This document shows, piece by piece, positions 1 to 9,248 of a DNA stretch of 64,000 nucleotides; position 1 is the first letter of the stretch, and each line of letters opens with the position of its first letter. The translations under genes were made by a program, and so were the position numbers. Below the pieces are notes generated by a model that had not been told where the DNA came from, ran no database searches, and saw nothing but the letters and a program-made list of their open reading frames with translations. Source of the DNA: Candidatus Dojkabacteria bacterium UBA4813 (GTDB taxonomy: Bacteria; Patescibacteriota; Dojkabacteria; SC72); assembly GCA_002402455.1 (NCBI GenBank), contig DHFX01000001.1, forward strand, positions 3,358-67,357, read 5' to 3'.

Positions 1-1
1 T

Positions 2-724
2 TTTGAAGCTAAGCAGTACATTCCTATGCCTCTTAATGAGGTTCAACTTAGTTATGTTCCAATAGGTTTTAATGCCGAGAAAAATGCACCTAGAGTTTTA
101 GTTGTTGCTGCACCTCGTAAGGTTATTGATATCTATATAAACATTGCTATGGACGTTGGTTTGGATTTGATGGCGATAGAGACAGAATCTGTTGCTGTCG
201 GTAGAACGATGTATAAATCTACTGGGAAAAAGAATCTTGTAATGTTAGACTTTGGAGCAAATAGTACAGATATGAGTATTCTTTCTGAGGGGTATCTTGT
301 TTTCTCGCAGAGTATCGCAATAGGCTCTGACGCTCTAACACAGGCTATAATGAATAAATTTGGGTTCCAATACCAGAGAGCGGAAGAATTCAAGAGAAAT
401 TATGGGGTCGCAGAAGGAGTACTTGAAGGGAAAATATATGGAGTTCTTGCCCCAATACTCGAATCGGTAATGGTTGAGGTCAGAAGAGGTGTAGAGTTTT
501 ATAAGAATAGAACTCTTTCCATCGCTCCTTCGGACTACTTGCTAAGTGGAGATGGTGCTCTTCTTCCCGGTCTTACAGAGTATGTTTCTAAGAGTTTGGG
601 AGTACAAGCATCTGTTGCAAATCCTTGGAGAAATATCTCCGTGGACGATAAATTTAAAGATATTGTTGAAAAGAGTGGGCCCTCCTACTCTATCGCAATA
701 GGTTTAGCATTAAAGGATGAGTAG
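2..724 (+). CDS. pilM: Type IV pilus assembly protein PilM (actin-like ATPase fold), 5' end cut by the window edge
   Basis: The reading frame stays open back to position 2. The translation matches the PilM/FtsA-like fold pattern (LVVAAP..., MLDFGANSTDMSIL, SIAIGSDALTQAI, LLSGDGALLPGLTEY...ANPW). It is followed by pilN and pilO with an ATGA start/stop overlap. Confidence 0.8.
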   Translation, partial: FEAKQYIPMPLNEVQLSYVPIGFNAEKNAPRVLVVAAPRKVIDIYINIAMDVGLDLMAIETESVAVGRTMYKSTGKKNLVMLDFGANSTDMSILSEGYLVFSQSIAIGSDALTQAIMNKFGFQYQRAEEFKRNYGVAEGVLEGKIYGVLAPILESVMVEVRRGVEFYKNRTLSIAPSDYLLSGDGALLPGLTEYVSKSLGVQASVANPWRNISVDDKFKDIVEKSGPSYSIAIGLALKDE

Positions 725-1448
725 AGACATAGAAAGTACAAATAAAACAAATTCTTCTGATCAAGAAGAAAGCTCTTTACAGAGAGAGCCCTTGTCAAAA
801 GTTGAAACCATTCTCGAAACAGCCACTAGTGTGAAGAAAAAAACAAAGAAAGAAGAGAAAGGAAAGGAAAGTGTTGCTCCTTCAACAATTGTAGAGGAAG
901 CAGGGGTAAATCTAATCCCTACAATGACAGAAATCGAAATAAAGACTGAGGAGAAGAAGAAGAGAGTTAATACAGGCTCGTTAATAAGTCTTTCTTTACT
1001 TCTTTCTGTTAGTATTCTCACAATAGGGTTTAACATAATCTCTAGGATGCAGCTAGATTCAGAGAAAAGTAAACTTGCGGAAGTAGAAAAAAGAGTTATG
1101 GAATATTCTTACATTACCTCCGGGAATATAGAGATATTAGAGAGAATATTTCTTTTTAAAGATATCCAAGAGGGAAAGATACCAACTCGGCGTATAATAG
1201 AGGAATTGCGAAGCGTGGCAAACACAAGTGGAAATAATGTAATAAACAGCTTCGCTTTTCCGGGAGGGCAATCTTTTGAGATAAGTGGAGATGCTTCTAG
1301 TTTAGAGGATGTTGCAAAGTTTTGGTATTTGATGGATAACCATGAGAAGTTTGAAGATGTTAAATTAAGATCCTTCTCCGGAAGTGGTGGTAAGGCTAGT
1401 TATAGTTTTACTGGGAAACTTAATCTTGAAGAGTTTGTTCAAGAGTAA
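717..1448 (+). CDS. pilN: Type IV pilus assembly protein PilN-like, with a single TM helix after an acidic/Lys-rich N-terminal extension
   Basis: Sits between pilM and pilO and overlaps the pilM stop. One TM helix (LISLSLLLSVSILTIGFNII) is followed by a periplasmic domain typical of PilN. The N-terminal ~95-aa extension is low complexity. Confidence 0.6.
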   Translation: MSRDIESTNKTNSSDQEESSLQREPLSKVETILETATSVKKKTKKEEKGKESVAPSTIVEEAGVNLIPTMTEIEIKTEEKKKRVNTGSLISLSLLLSVSILTIGFNIISRMQLDSEKSKLAEVEKRVMEYSYITSGNIEILERIFLFKDIQEGKIPTRRIIEELRSVANTSGNNVINSFAFPGGQSFEISGDASSLEDVAKFWYLMDNHEKFEDVKLRSFSGSGGKASYSFTGKLNLEEFVQE

Positions 1449-1471
1449 TATTAGAATTTTAAAAAATAAAA

Positions 1472-2197
1472 ATGGCTGTTACACCGAATATAAAACCGAG
1501 CAAAACGAAAAGAGAGATAGAAGGTTTAAGTGAGAAGATTAAGGAAACAAGATTGACGGTTAAAGATCTTGTTGTACCATTATCTATTCTTCTAATTCTT
1601 GTGCTTCTTGTTATTTTTGTTTTTATTCCTATGGTTAAAACAGCAATATCTTCTAGAGGTGAATATACTACAATTAAAGGAAGGAGAGAAGAACTGGAGA
1701 TTGTTGAGGGGAAGCTTAAGGAGATAGATGAGGCAACTCTACAGACTGACTTAATAAATGCTAAAAAGGTTATTCCACAAACTCTCAGAGTTGCAAGCTT
1801 TATGTCATATATAGATAACTTAGCAAGGGAAAAGCAACTCTCTTCGGATAGTCTTACTGCAGGGGACAGCCAGACTTCAGTTATAAGAAAGGGAGAGGAA
1901 GAGGGTGAGAGAAGAGTTTATTTTGGTGTTAGTAGTCCATTGAATTATGAGGGAGAACTTAGTAATATTTTGACCTTTTTAGACACCCTTTATGAGGCTT
2001 CTCCATATGTTATATCTGTTTCGGGTGTAGAACTAAGAAAAGGAGCTGGGGATAAATGGACAGTCGATCTTCATGTAATGGGATATTATGTGCCAGAATC
2101 TACTATGGAAGCGAATATATATAAAAACTTTGAGTCCTACTTAGAATACCAAGATGTTGTAGATGCTTTTTCTCAAAAAGCAGCTCAACTCAAATAG
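1472..2197 (+). CDS. pilO: Type IV pilus assembly protein PilO-like (bitopic)
   Basis: Third gene of the pilMNO arrangement. It has an N-terminal coiled region, one TM helix (LVVPLSILLILVLLVIFVFIPMV) and a periplasmic domain. Confidence 0.5.
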   Translation: MAVTPNIKPSKTKREIEGLSEKIKETRLTVKDLVVPLSILLILVLLVIFVFIPMVKTAISSRGEYTTIKGRREELEIVEGKLKEIDEATLQTDLINAKKVIPQTLRVASFMSYIDNLAREKQLSSDSLTAGDSQTSVIRKGEEEGERRVYFGVSSPLNYEGELSNILTFLDTLYEASPYVISVSGVELRKGAGDKWTVDLHVMGYYVPESTMEANIYKNFESYLEYQDVVDAFSQKAAQLK

Positions 2198-2242
2198 AGA
2201 TAGAGAAAGTAATTTTGTCCGAGAAAACAGTAGTGTTATATT

Positions 2243-2560
2243 TTAAATTTCTTCATCTACTAACATTCCGTCGGTGTTTTCGGTGCTTCCACTGGAACTC
2301 TGTTCATGATGACCACGATTGTCGTCTTTTATTAGAACTTTAACCCTTTTATCATTTCTTATTGCGTTTATGGTGATTAAGTCCCTAATGGAGTTTATTG
2401 TTCTGCCTCTTCTTCCAATAATAACGCCCTTATCTTCCTCTGCAACGCTTATCGTAAGAATTGTAAGACCTGGGAAATCAACACTTTCTTTCTCCTCAAT
2501 ACTTACAGCCTCCGGATTATTTACTATTGCCTTTACAATATGTTCTAAAAGTTCCTTCAT
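2243..2560 (-). CDS. khpA: KH-domain RNA-binding protein (KhpA/YlqC-like)
   Basis: 105 aa containing the KH GXXG loop (VIIGRRGRTINSIRDL). It lies immediately downstream of rpsP, as in the conserved rpsP-ylqC arrangement. Confidence 0.7.
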   Translation of the reverse strand: MKELLEHIVKAIVNNPEAVSIEEKESVDFPGLTILTISVAEEDKGVIIGRRGRTINSIRDLITINAIRNDKRVKVLIKDDNRGHHEQSSSGSTENTDGMLVDEEI

Positions 2561-2599
2561 ATTTAATATATATGTTTAATATTTTATTGAAACATTATA

Positions 2600-2920
2600 C
2601 TACTCTTTCTCGACATTTGTCTTCTTTTCAGTAGAGGGCTTAGTAGAACCTCTTTTCAAGCTTTTAAGAAGACCTTCCTTTACAAAATATTGGGCAACAG
2701 TATCTGTAGGCTGGGCACCTCTAGATAACCAATATCCTGCTCTCTCTTTGTCAATGTCAAAGGTAGAAGGTTTATTTTGGGGGTTGTAATAGCCGATCTC
2801 TTCCACAGTTTTCCCGTCCCTAGGTTTACTAGCTTCACAAACAACTATCCTATAATGAGGTTGTCCTCTTCTTCCTGTTCTTTTTAGTCTTATCTTTAAC
2901 ATGGTGTTGAATTCTATCAA
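2600..2920 (-). CDS. rpsP: 30S ribosomal protein S16
   Basis: MLKIRLKRTGRRGQPHYRIVV...YNP matches the S16 signature. The true start is probably the internal MLKIRL methionine near 2902; the ORF-track start at 2920 would add 6 residues. Confidence 0.9.
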   Translation of the reverse strand: MIEFNTMLKIRLKRTGRRGQPHYRIVVCEASKPRDGKTVEEIGYYNPQNKPSTFDIDKERAGYWLSRGAQPTDTVAQYFVKEGLLKSLKRGSTKPSTEKKTNVEKE

Positions 2921-2948
2921 ATCAAATAATTTAATTCAAGAATAATGG

Positions 2949-3656
2949 TTAACTCTCTAATTCTTTGATGCACTTCCTTGCAGCGTCTTCCTCAGCTTTC
3001 TGTTTACTTATTCCTGTACCTTTAGTCATTACCTTTTTGCCAACCTTCAAACCTACGGTAAAAGTTTTATCGTGATCAGGACCCTGCTCTTTTATAAGAG
3101 TATATGTTGGGGTAACTTTGTATTTAGCTTGAATCAACTCTTGTACTCTTGTCTTAGGGTCTATGAATAATTCCTGATTTACTACTCTACTAACTTTTTT
3201 TAGAACTGTCCTTCTCACAAACTCTCTACAAACGTCCAGACCCTGATCCAGATAAACTGCTCCTAAGATTGCTTCATAAAGATTGGCAAGAATAAAGTCT
3301 TTATCTTTTCCCCCAGATTCTTCTTCTCCTTTGGACATAAGTATGTTCTCCCCTATTCCTAAGAGTCTTGATTCCTGTGCTAAACTCTCTGTTCTAACCA
3401 GAGCAGATCTTATTGCAGTTAATTCTCCCTCAGGTTTTTGGGGATACTTCATGAATAGTTCGGAGGAAATTATTAATTCCAAAACCGCATCACCTAGAAA
3501 CTCAAACCTCTCGTTATTCTTTAAATTCATCCCTCTATGCTCATTAAGATACGACCTGTGAGTAAGTGCTGTTTGCAATAATTTGGGATCTTTGAACGTT
3601 ATTCCTAATTTTTCTTCTATTTTCTTCTTATCTTTCATCTTTCTTATTTTTGTCAC
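2949..3656 (-). CDS. rnc: Ribonuclease III
   Basis: Carries the RNase III signature ERFEFLGDAVLELIISSELF and the catalytic E/D residues, followed by a C-terminal dsRBD (TFTVGLKVGKKVMTKGTGISKQKAEEDAARKCI). Confidence 0.9.
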   Translation of the reverse strand: MTKIRKMKDKKKIEEKLGITFKDPKLLQTALTHRSYLNEHRGMNLKNNERFEFLGDAVLELIISSELFMKYPQKPEGELTAIRSALVRTESLAQESRLLGIGENILMSKGEEESGGKDKDFILANLYEAILGAVYLDQGLDVCREFVRRTVLKKVSRVVNQELFIDPKTRVQELIQAKYKVTPTYTLIKEQGPDHDKTFTVGLKVGKKVMTKGTGISKQKAEEDAARKCIKELES

Positions 3657-4089
3657 CGTTATCTTTCTTTTGTTGCTCGTAAATAGCTCCTAAAACACCA
3701 TTTACAAATTTGCTGTTTATCTCTCCTCCAAAATCTTTTGCTACTTCTATAGCTTCATCAATTGCAACTTTTGGGGGGGTTATCATTCCTACGAATCCTT
3801 CGTAAATAGCCATTCTAAGGATTTGTAGGTCAACCAGTTTCATCTGATCTATAGGCCATTGTGGAGCGTATTTTTGTATAAGTGTATCTATTTCTTCTTT
3901 TTTTTCGACTACTCCATCTAAGATTTTTTTATAAAGATCTTTGTCATATTCGGTTATTTTATCTAATTCTAATAACTCTTTTATGGGAATATCCTCCGTC
4001 TTAATATCTCCCTTTTTGAAATATTTCGAGAAAAGTTCTTGAAGGACTAATATCCTAGCTTGATGTCTTGGATCTGTAGACCTTTTCAT
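3628..4089 (-). CDS. nusB: Transcription antitermination factor NusB
   Basis: 153-aa all-helical protein with the NusB pattern (RHQARILVLQELF ... IDEAIEVAK... NGVLGAI). It overlaps the rnc start by 29 nt. Confidence 0.7.
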   Translation of the reverse strand: MKRSTDPRHQARILVLQELFSKYFKKGDIKTEDIPIKELLELDKITEYDKDLYKKILDGVVEKKEEIDTLIQKYAPQWPIDQMKLVDLQILRMAIYEGFVGMITPPKVAIDEAIEVAKDFGGEINSKFVNGVLGAIYEQQKKDNGDKNKKDER

Positions 4090-4103
4090 ACGTCTCTGTT
4101 ATT

Positions 4104-4268
4104 TTACTTAGATTTATTGTAGTAACCACAATACTCGCATTCAAAGTGACTCCTTTTTACAGTACCACATTTAGGACACTTGGTAATAGATTCTATTTTG
4201 ATAGCATTATGTGCTCTTCTTCTACCCTTCCTACCTTTTGATATTCTTCTTTTCGGTACTGCTCCCAT
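4104..4268 (-). CDS. rpmF: 50S ribosomal protein L32 (Cys4 zinc-ribbon type); absent from the supplied ORF track
   Basis: I translated the minus strand of the 4090-4345 gap by hand. It gives MGAVPKRRISKGRKGRRRAHNAIKIESITKCPKCGTVKRSHFECEYCGYYNKSK (54 aa). This has the L32 N-terminal PKRR.SK.R...RRAH motif and CxxC...CxxC. Confidence 0.8.
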   Translation of the reverse strand: MGAVPKRRISKGRKGRRRAHNAIKIESITKCPKCGTVKRSHFECEYCGYYNKSK

Positions 4269-4345
4269 GATTTTTTTATTAATATGTTATAGCTTGGCCA
4301 TTATATCACATTTGTTTTAAGATGCCATATTTATTAGAAATGTTT

Positions 4346-7063
4346 TTATATTATCCAACCTTCTTTAATTTCTACTTCTTCTCCCGGCTCTATTTCTTGT
4401 TCGATTATCCCCTTTGCAATCTGTCCCTCTATTTTATCTTGTATGTACCTTTTCATTGGTCTTGCACCAAGTCCGGGTTCGTTTGCTTTATTTGCAATAA
4501 GCATGGGGATTTGTTCAGACCAGTTCAGACTAATGTTTTTATCCCTCAAGCGAGCTGCCAAGTCATTGAGAAGAAGGATTGCTATCTGTGCAAGATTGCT
4601 AAGATTATGAGGATGGAAGACGATTATTTGATCGAACCTATTGATTAATTCAATTCTAAGAGATTGTCTTACTTCTAGAAGAACTCTCTCCTTTACTTCG
4701 TTCCATAAAGTATTTCCTTTTTCTAGTGTGTCTAGAATCATCTTACTTCCGATATTACTTGTACATATAATTATTGTATGTGTAAAGTCGATGGTTTCTC
4801 CTTGCGTGCTTGTTAGCCTACCTTCGTCAAATATCTGCAGGAAAAGATCTAATATACTGGGATTTGCCTTTTCTATTTCGTCAAAGAGGACAACTGTGTA
4901 GGGATTGTTTTTTACCCTGTCAATCAGGCTAATTGAGGATTGTCCGAATCCGCTTTCGGAGGAAGAACCTAAGAATTTTTCTATACTCTGTGTATCCTGG
5001 AACTCTGACATATCGACTCTTACAATTGTTTCTTCTTTCCCAAAATACTCTTCTCCTACAACCTTTGCTAGGTGTGTTTTACCAACTCCTGTAGGACCAA
5101 CGAATAAGAACACCCCAATAGGTTTTTTAGTGTCTCTTACATCTGTTCTAGCCCTCCTGAGGGATTCTGTTATGGCTGTTACTGCTTCATCCTGTCCTAT
5201 TACCCTTTTTCTAATGTTTTCTTCAAGCTTTATTAACTTGTTACTCTCTTCTTGGTTTATTTCTCCCACAGATATATTTGTTTTAATAGAAACAGTTTTT
5301 GAGATATGTTCGGCCGTTAATTTCCCAACACTGTTTGCTTGAGCCCATGCACAAGCAGCCTCTATTGTTTGCACAGCACTACTGGGCAATTTTCTGTCTG
5401 TTATATACCTCTGAGAAAGTTCGACAGAAGCGAACAACGCAGGAAAGGTTATGAAGCATCCAAAGTTTTTTTCAAGAGAAGGAATTTTACTCTCAAGGAT
5501 TGTTAAAGTGTCTTTTGGTGAGATCTCTTTAACCTCTATATTTGTAAAACTTTGCCTTAACGTTTCGTTACTGTAGAAATACCTCTTGTAGTCTCTATAA
5601 TTAGTTGTTCCCACAATTGGGAATTTACTGTCTATGATATAAGGCATTATCATTCCGGCAATTGAACTATTAGATTCTTGGGCTTTTCTGGGGATTATCT
5701 CTTGCATCTCATCTATGTAAAGGATTGTGTTCCCGGCTTTTTCTAACTCCTGAAATGCCTTTATAAGGAGTTCCTCTAGGTTCTTTTCTCTGTGAGCTTT
5801 AGCTATTAGGCTATTGATATCTAGTTGGATAATTCTTTTGTTTTTTAATTGCTCAGGCACATTCCCAGAGTTAATCTTTTGAGCAAGTCCTAAAACTAGA
5901 CTAGACTTCCCTACCCCGGGTTCTCCTATAAAAAGTGCGTTTTTATTAGATAACTTCCCCAGGGTAGCAATTAAAAGCTCTATTTCGTCGTCATGTCCTA
6001 TCCCAAAGATATCCCTTGATTCCGCAACCTCCTCGTTTATATCTTTGCTGAACTGACTTAAAATAAAGGTGTAGCCATACACCCAGTTTTTTGCAATACC
6101 ACCTTTTTTGTAATAAGGAATGTCTGGATTAAAGTATTTTGTTCTGTTCCTCCGGTAGATAATTTCGTTGTTGTAAGTGGTTACCTCTCTAAGGATCTCA
6201 ATATTTATCTGGTTTTTGCGTAAAAACTTCTCTATTGTCGGGAAAATTCTGCTAAGAGCGAGAAAAAGGTGTTGTGGCTGAATCTCTTTACTGTTTGTAA
6301 GAAGTGCCTCCTCAAGGGTGTAGGTTAATATGCTTCTTAGTGCAGTAGTTGGATAGTCAGGCACTGTTTGTTCATTTACTCCAGCTTCATTTAGGATCTT
6401 TGGATTTATCTCTATCCCCGTTCTTCTAATTATTTGTCCTACTTCGAAGTTTGAGTCTATTAGATGATTGTATAAAGAAAGAGTTTTGAAAGAGTCTTCC
6501 TTAGTAAATAAACAGAGCAATTCCAAACTCTCTTCAGTCAAGAAATTAATTGTTTCTAAGTGAGCATACCTTCCAAACTTAAAACCGCTTGCCCTTATTT
6601 CGTCTATATCTCTCTGTGTAATTTTACTGGGTTTGGGCAATTTAATTGGATGGCTCTTCTCTTCGTAGAAGTCGTGCCACAAGATTATTACGCTTAGGAT
6701 TGAAATTCCAAAGAGAAGATCTGTTAAGTTGGAGTCTAAAAGAGAGAGGATGTTTGGGAATGAGTTTAGGACTGTAGAATATTTAAGAACTAATGCAAAG
6801 GCAATTATTAATCCTGGGATCAGAAGGACATTTGCAAGAAGTCGTTTTTTGTCATTAAAGTTCTTATACCTTAAGAAGTTATTAAGAACAGCTTCGATTT
6901 GTGGCATTGTAATAGTGAAGAAATGATCCCTAGTAGTTGTGAAGATGGAGACATTGTCGTCCTCAAATATAGGGTACTTATCCTCTATAATTCCAAATTC
7001 GTTTTTGTCTTTTCTATGGAATCCTGCAATGATTTTGTTTTTGGTGTCAAATTCTAAGGACAT
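4346..7063 (-). CDS. Hsp100/Clp-family double-AAA+ ATPase with an N-terminal membrane anchor (two TM helices, then Clp_N repeat, D1 and D2)
   Basis: D1 has Walker A (FIGEPGVGKSSLV) and Walker B (ILYIDEMQ). D2 has Walker A (VGPTGVGKTHLA), Walker B (VVLFDEIEKA), sensor-1 (TSNIGS) and an Arg finger (INRFDQIIVFHP). A Clp_N-like repeat (IQPQHLFLALS) follows two predicted TM helices at roughly aa 75-125 (LLANVLLIPGLIIAFALVLKY, LLFGISILSVIILW). The C-terminal GARPMKRYI is also typical. Confidence 0.75.
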   Translation of the reverse strand: MSLEFDTKNKIIAGFHRKDKNEFGIIEDKYPIFEDDNVSIFTTTRDHFFTITMPQIEAVLNNFLRYKNFNDKKRLLANVLLIPGLIIAFALVLKYSTVLNSFPNILSLLDSNLTDLLFGISILSVIILWHDFYEEKSHPIKLPKPSKITQRDIDEIRASGFKFGRYAHLETINFLTEESLELLCLFTKEDSFKTLSLYNHLIDSNFEVGQIIRRTGIEINPKILNEAGVNEQTVPDYPTTALRSILTYTLEEALLTNSKEIQPQHLFLALSRIFPTIEKFLRKNQINIEILREVTTYNNEIIYRRNRTKYFNPDIPYYKKGGIAKNWVYGYTFILSQFSKDINEEVAESRDIFGIGHDDEIELLIATLGKLSNKNALFIGEPGVGKSSLVLGLAQKINSGNVPEQLKNKRIIQLDINSLIAKAHREKNLEELLIKAFQELEKAGNTILYIDEMQEIIPRKAQESNSSIAGMIMPYIIDSKFPIVGTTNYRDYKRYFYSNETLRQSFTNIEVKEISPKDTLTILESKIPSLEKNFGCFITFPALFASVELSQRYITDRKLPSSAVQTIEAACAWAQANSVGKLTAEHISKTVSIKTNISVGEINQEESNKLIKLEENIRKRVIGQDEAVTAITESLRRARTDVRDTKKPIGVFLFVGPTGVGKTHLAKVVGEEYFGKEETIVRVDMSEFQDTQSIEKFLGSSSESGFGQSSISLIDRVKNNPYTVVLFDEIEKANPSILDLFLQIFDEGRLTSTQGETIDFTHTIIICTSNIGSKMILDTLEKGNTLWNEVKERVLLEVRQSLRIELINRFDQIIVFHPHNLSNLAQIAILLLNDLAARLRDKNISLNWSEQIPMLIANKANEPGLGARPMKRYIQDKIEGQIAKGIIEQEIEPGEEVEIKEGWII

Positions 7064-7073
7064 TTCTAAGTTT

Positions 7074-7529
7074 TTAAGTTAAGGAATTAAAAAAAGATAA
7101 AATTATGAAAACTAGTGAGCCTATTGGAAGTAATAACCAGAAGATCAAGAATGCTAGATAGAAACTAACGCAGAGAAAGTAGATAAACATTGCAATAGGA
7201 AGATACAGAAGCTTCATGATTATCCCAAATATGTACCCTATTACTGAATAGTCTCTATGCCATGGGAGGAAGAAATTTTTAAGGAGCAGAGATATAGAGA
7301 ATTGGTCATCAACAACAACACTAAGTCTCACTAATCTTCTTAGGTGCCATATCGGCATTTTTACATACCACCAGTTTAAAAAATCCTGAACTGTAAAGAA
7401 AAAGATAGTGAGGTACGAGTCAATTTTAATTTCATTTAAAGATTGTTGACCGGAGTTGTCAATTAGGGCGTTTTTTGTTTCCATTTTAGGCAGTTTTAAT
7501 CTACTGTTTAAGTTTATTTTAAACGACAA
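7074..7529 (-). CDS. Hypothetical polytopic membrane protein, 10 nt upstream of and co-directional with the membrane-anchored Clp ATPase
   Basis: 151 aa with 3-4 hydrophobic helices and no recognisable motif. Called from ORF length, hydrophobicity and the tight spacing. Confidence 0.4.
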   Translation of the reverse strand: MSFKINLNSRLKLPKMETKNALIDNSGQQSLNEIKIDSYLTIFFFTVQDFLNWWYVKMPIWHLRRLVRLSVVVDDQFSISLLLKNFFLPWHRDYSVIGYIFGIIMKLLYLPIAMFIYFLCVSFYLAFLIFWLLLPIGSLVFIILSFFNSLT

Positions 7530-7589
7530 GATATGTAAAGGGGTTCGTCTTTGTGGTTTTTTGGTTTTTGCTATGTGTTAAAATGAGTC

Positions 7590-8546
7590 ATGAACCTTTA
7601 TGAAAAGATAAAAAGGAAGAAAGGATACATATCCGCTCTGGCACCTATGGAAGGTGTCACAGACACGATCTTTAGACAGATCCTTTGTGATATTGGTAGA
7701 CCGGATCTCTTTTTTACAGAATTCCTTAATGTAGAGGGTTTTTGTTCTAAGGGAAGAGAGAGGGTAATACACAGATTGGATTTTTCAAAGAGGGAGAAGC
7801 CAATAATTGTCCAATTGTGGGGAAATACCCCCGAAGATTATGTGGAAACTCTTAAATATGTCAAAAAGCTCAGACCGGATGGTATAGATATTAATATTGG
7901 TTGCTCGGTAAGAGATGTTTTATCTAGTGGTCAATGTTCTGCCTTAATAAAGGAAAAGGACTTAGTAAAAGAGATAATCGAAGCTGTTCGGAAGGCTTGT
8001 GGAGGTCTTCCTGTTAGTGTGAAGACAAGATTAGGTTATGATGAAGTGGATGTAGAAGGTTGGATAGGTTTTCTTTTAACGTTAAATCTGGACCTTATTA
8101 CAATTCACGGTAGAATTTCAAAAGAGGGCTACTCTACTCCATCCAGATGGGATGAGATAGCAAAATGTGTTAAATTAAAGGATAAAATTTCTCCAAGTAC
8201 TTTAATTATCGGAAATGGGGATATTAAATCTCTTAAACAAGGAAAGGACCATGTAGAAAAGTATGGTACGGACGGCTTTATGGTTGCAAGGGGTATAATG
8301 GACAACCCGTGGTTATTCTCAGGTAGAAAGCTAGAGAGGGTTTCTTCCAAGGAGAAGAAAGATGTTCTCTTGAAACACCTTCTGCTTTTTGATAAAACTT
8401 GGAGAGGGACAAAACCTTTTAATAGTCAGAAGAAATATATTAAAGCATATGTTTCTGGATTTGATGGAGCAAGTGAATTAAGAAAGAATTTAATGGGGGT
8501 AGGTACTACTAAGGAGGTAGTCAAGATTTTAAATAAATTTTATTAG
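7590..8546 (+). CDS. dus: tRNA-dihydrouridine synthase (Dus family, TIM barrel)
   Basis: Carries the Dus signatures LAPMEGVTDTIFRQI, IVQLWGNTPED, DINIGC (catalytic Cys region) and VKTRLGY. Confidence 0.85.
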   Translation: MNLYEKIKRKKGYISALAPMEGVTDTIFRQILCDIGRPDLFFTEFLNVEGFCSKGRERVIHRLDFSKREKPIIVQLWGNTPEDYVETLKYVKKLRPDGIDINIGCSVRDVLSSGQCSALIKEKDLVKEIIEAVRKACGGLPVSVKTRLGYDEVDVEGWIGFLLTLNLDLITIHGRISKEGYSTPSRWDEIAKCVKLKDKISPSTLIIGNGDIKSLKQGKDHVEKYGTDGFMVARGIMDNPWLFSGRKLERVSSKEKKDVLLKHLLLFDKTWRGTKPFNSQKKYIKAYVSGFDGASELRKNLMGVGTTKEVVKILNKFY

Positions 8547-8558
8547 AATCTGTTTATT

Positions 8559-9245
8559 ATGAGTGTAATAGAAGGAGAAGTGAGGGAAACCCCTTTCGGG
8601 AGGAAATTTCCGCTCGAGAGTGAGAGAGAGATAGAGGGAAAAGAGAGTGTAAGCTATGAAGCAATAGAAGTCTATTCGTTTCCTCAAGCCGTAGACCGGA
8701 TACTTTCTGAAAGTGATACGGGGCAGAGTTTCTGCTTTGTGGATTTTGACCAGACTCTAACGGGAGCAGATCTTAGAAACGTGAGAGACCCTCAAATATC
8801 CGAAGAAGTTAAGGATTCCTTTAATAAGCTTTTGAGAAAGTTTTCTCCAGGAAAGTTGTGTATTACAACTAACAGGGGTTATGGCTCTAGTATCTTGGGG
8901 AATTTGGTTTTTAGAACAAATAAAGCTTTGGATAAAATAACAGAATTCTTGGAGGAATCCAATTACCCAGGGACAGTTCCGATATTTCTTGGTTTAGAAA
9001 AACAGGTCCCCAACCTCAAGACTAATGGAAGAGTTGAACTGGTTAACCATCTTGTGGATTTGATTATTAACAGTGATTTTGAAGGGCATATAGACTTCTA
9101 TGTAATTGAGGATTCCTCCTTGCTCGGTCTGGACAGGAGTGTATTTCCCAAGGAGATAGCAAAGGATGTTCATAAGAAAGTTAAAGAAAAGTCCCATGGA
9201 GAGATAACAATTGGGATTAAGGACTATGTCCTAAAACATGGGTAG
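8559..9245 (+). CDS. Hypothetical protein, possibly HAD-superfamily hydrolase-like
   Basis: FVDFDQTLT fits HAD motif I (DxDxT). ITTNRG is a possible motif II and YVIEDSS a possible acidic motif. The match is weak and there is no other signature. Confidence 0.35.
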   Translation: MSVIEGEVRETPFGRKFPLESEREIEGKESVSYEAIEVYSFPQAVDRILSESDTGQSFCFVDFDQTLTGADLRNVRDPQISEEVKDSFNKLLRKFSPGKLCITTNRGYGSSILGNLVFRTNKALDKITEFLEESNYPGTVPIFLGLEKQVPNLKTNGRVELVNHLVDLIINSDFEGHIDFYVIEDSSLLGLDRSVFPKEIAKDVHKKVKEKSHGEITIGIKDYVLKHG

Positions 9246-9248
9246 AAA

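Noticed and set aside
2198-2242. Possible convergent terminator between pilO and khpA
   Set aside because: I found only a weak, imperfect inverted repeat (ttttgtccgag/aaaacag-like) with no clean stem or U-tract, so it is not supportable.
2902-2920. Six extra N-terminal residues (MIEFNT) on S16 in the ORF track
   Set aside because: S16 proteins begin at the conserved MLKIRL. The upstream ATG is probably not the real start. I kept the track coordinates and noted the issue.
4905-5342. 145-aa plus-strand ORF, and similar ones at 4322-4648, 4641-4901 and 6729-6926
   Set aside because: All lie inside the 905-aa Clp ATPase gene on the opposite strand. They have no motifs and odd composition, so I treated them as shadow ORFs.
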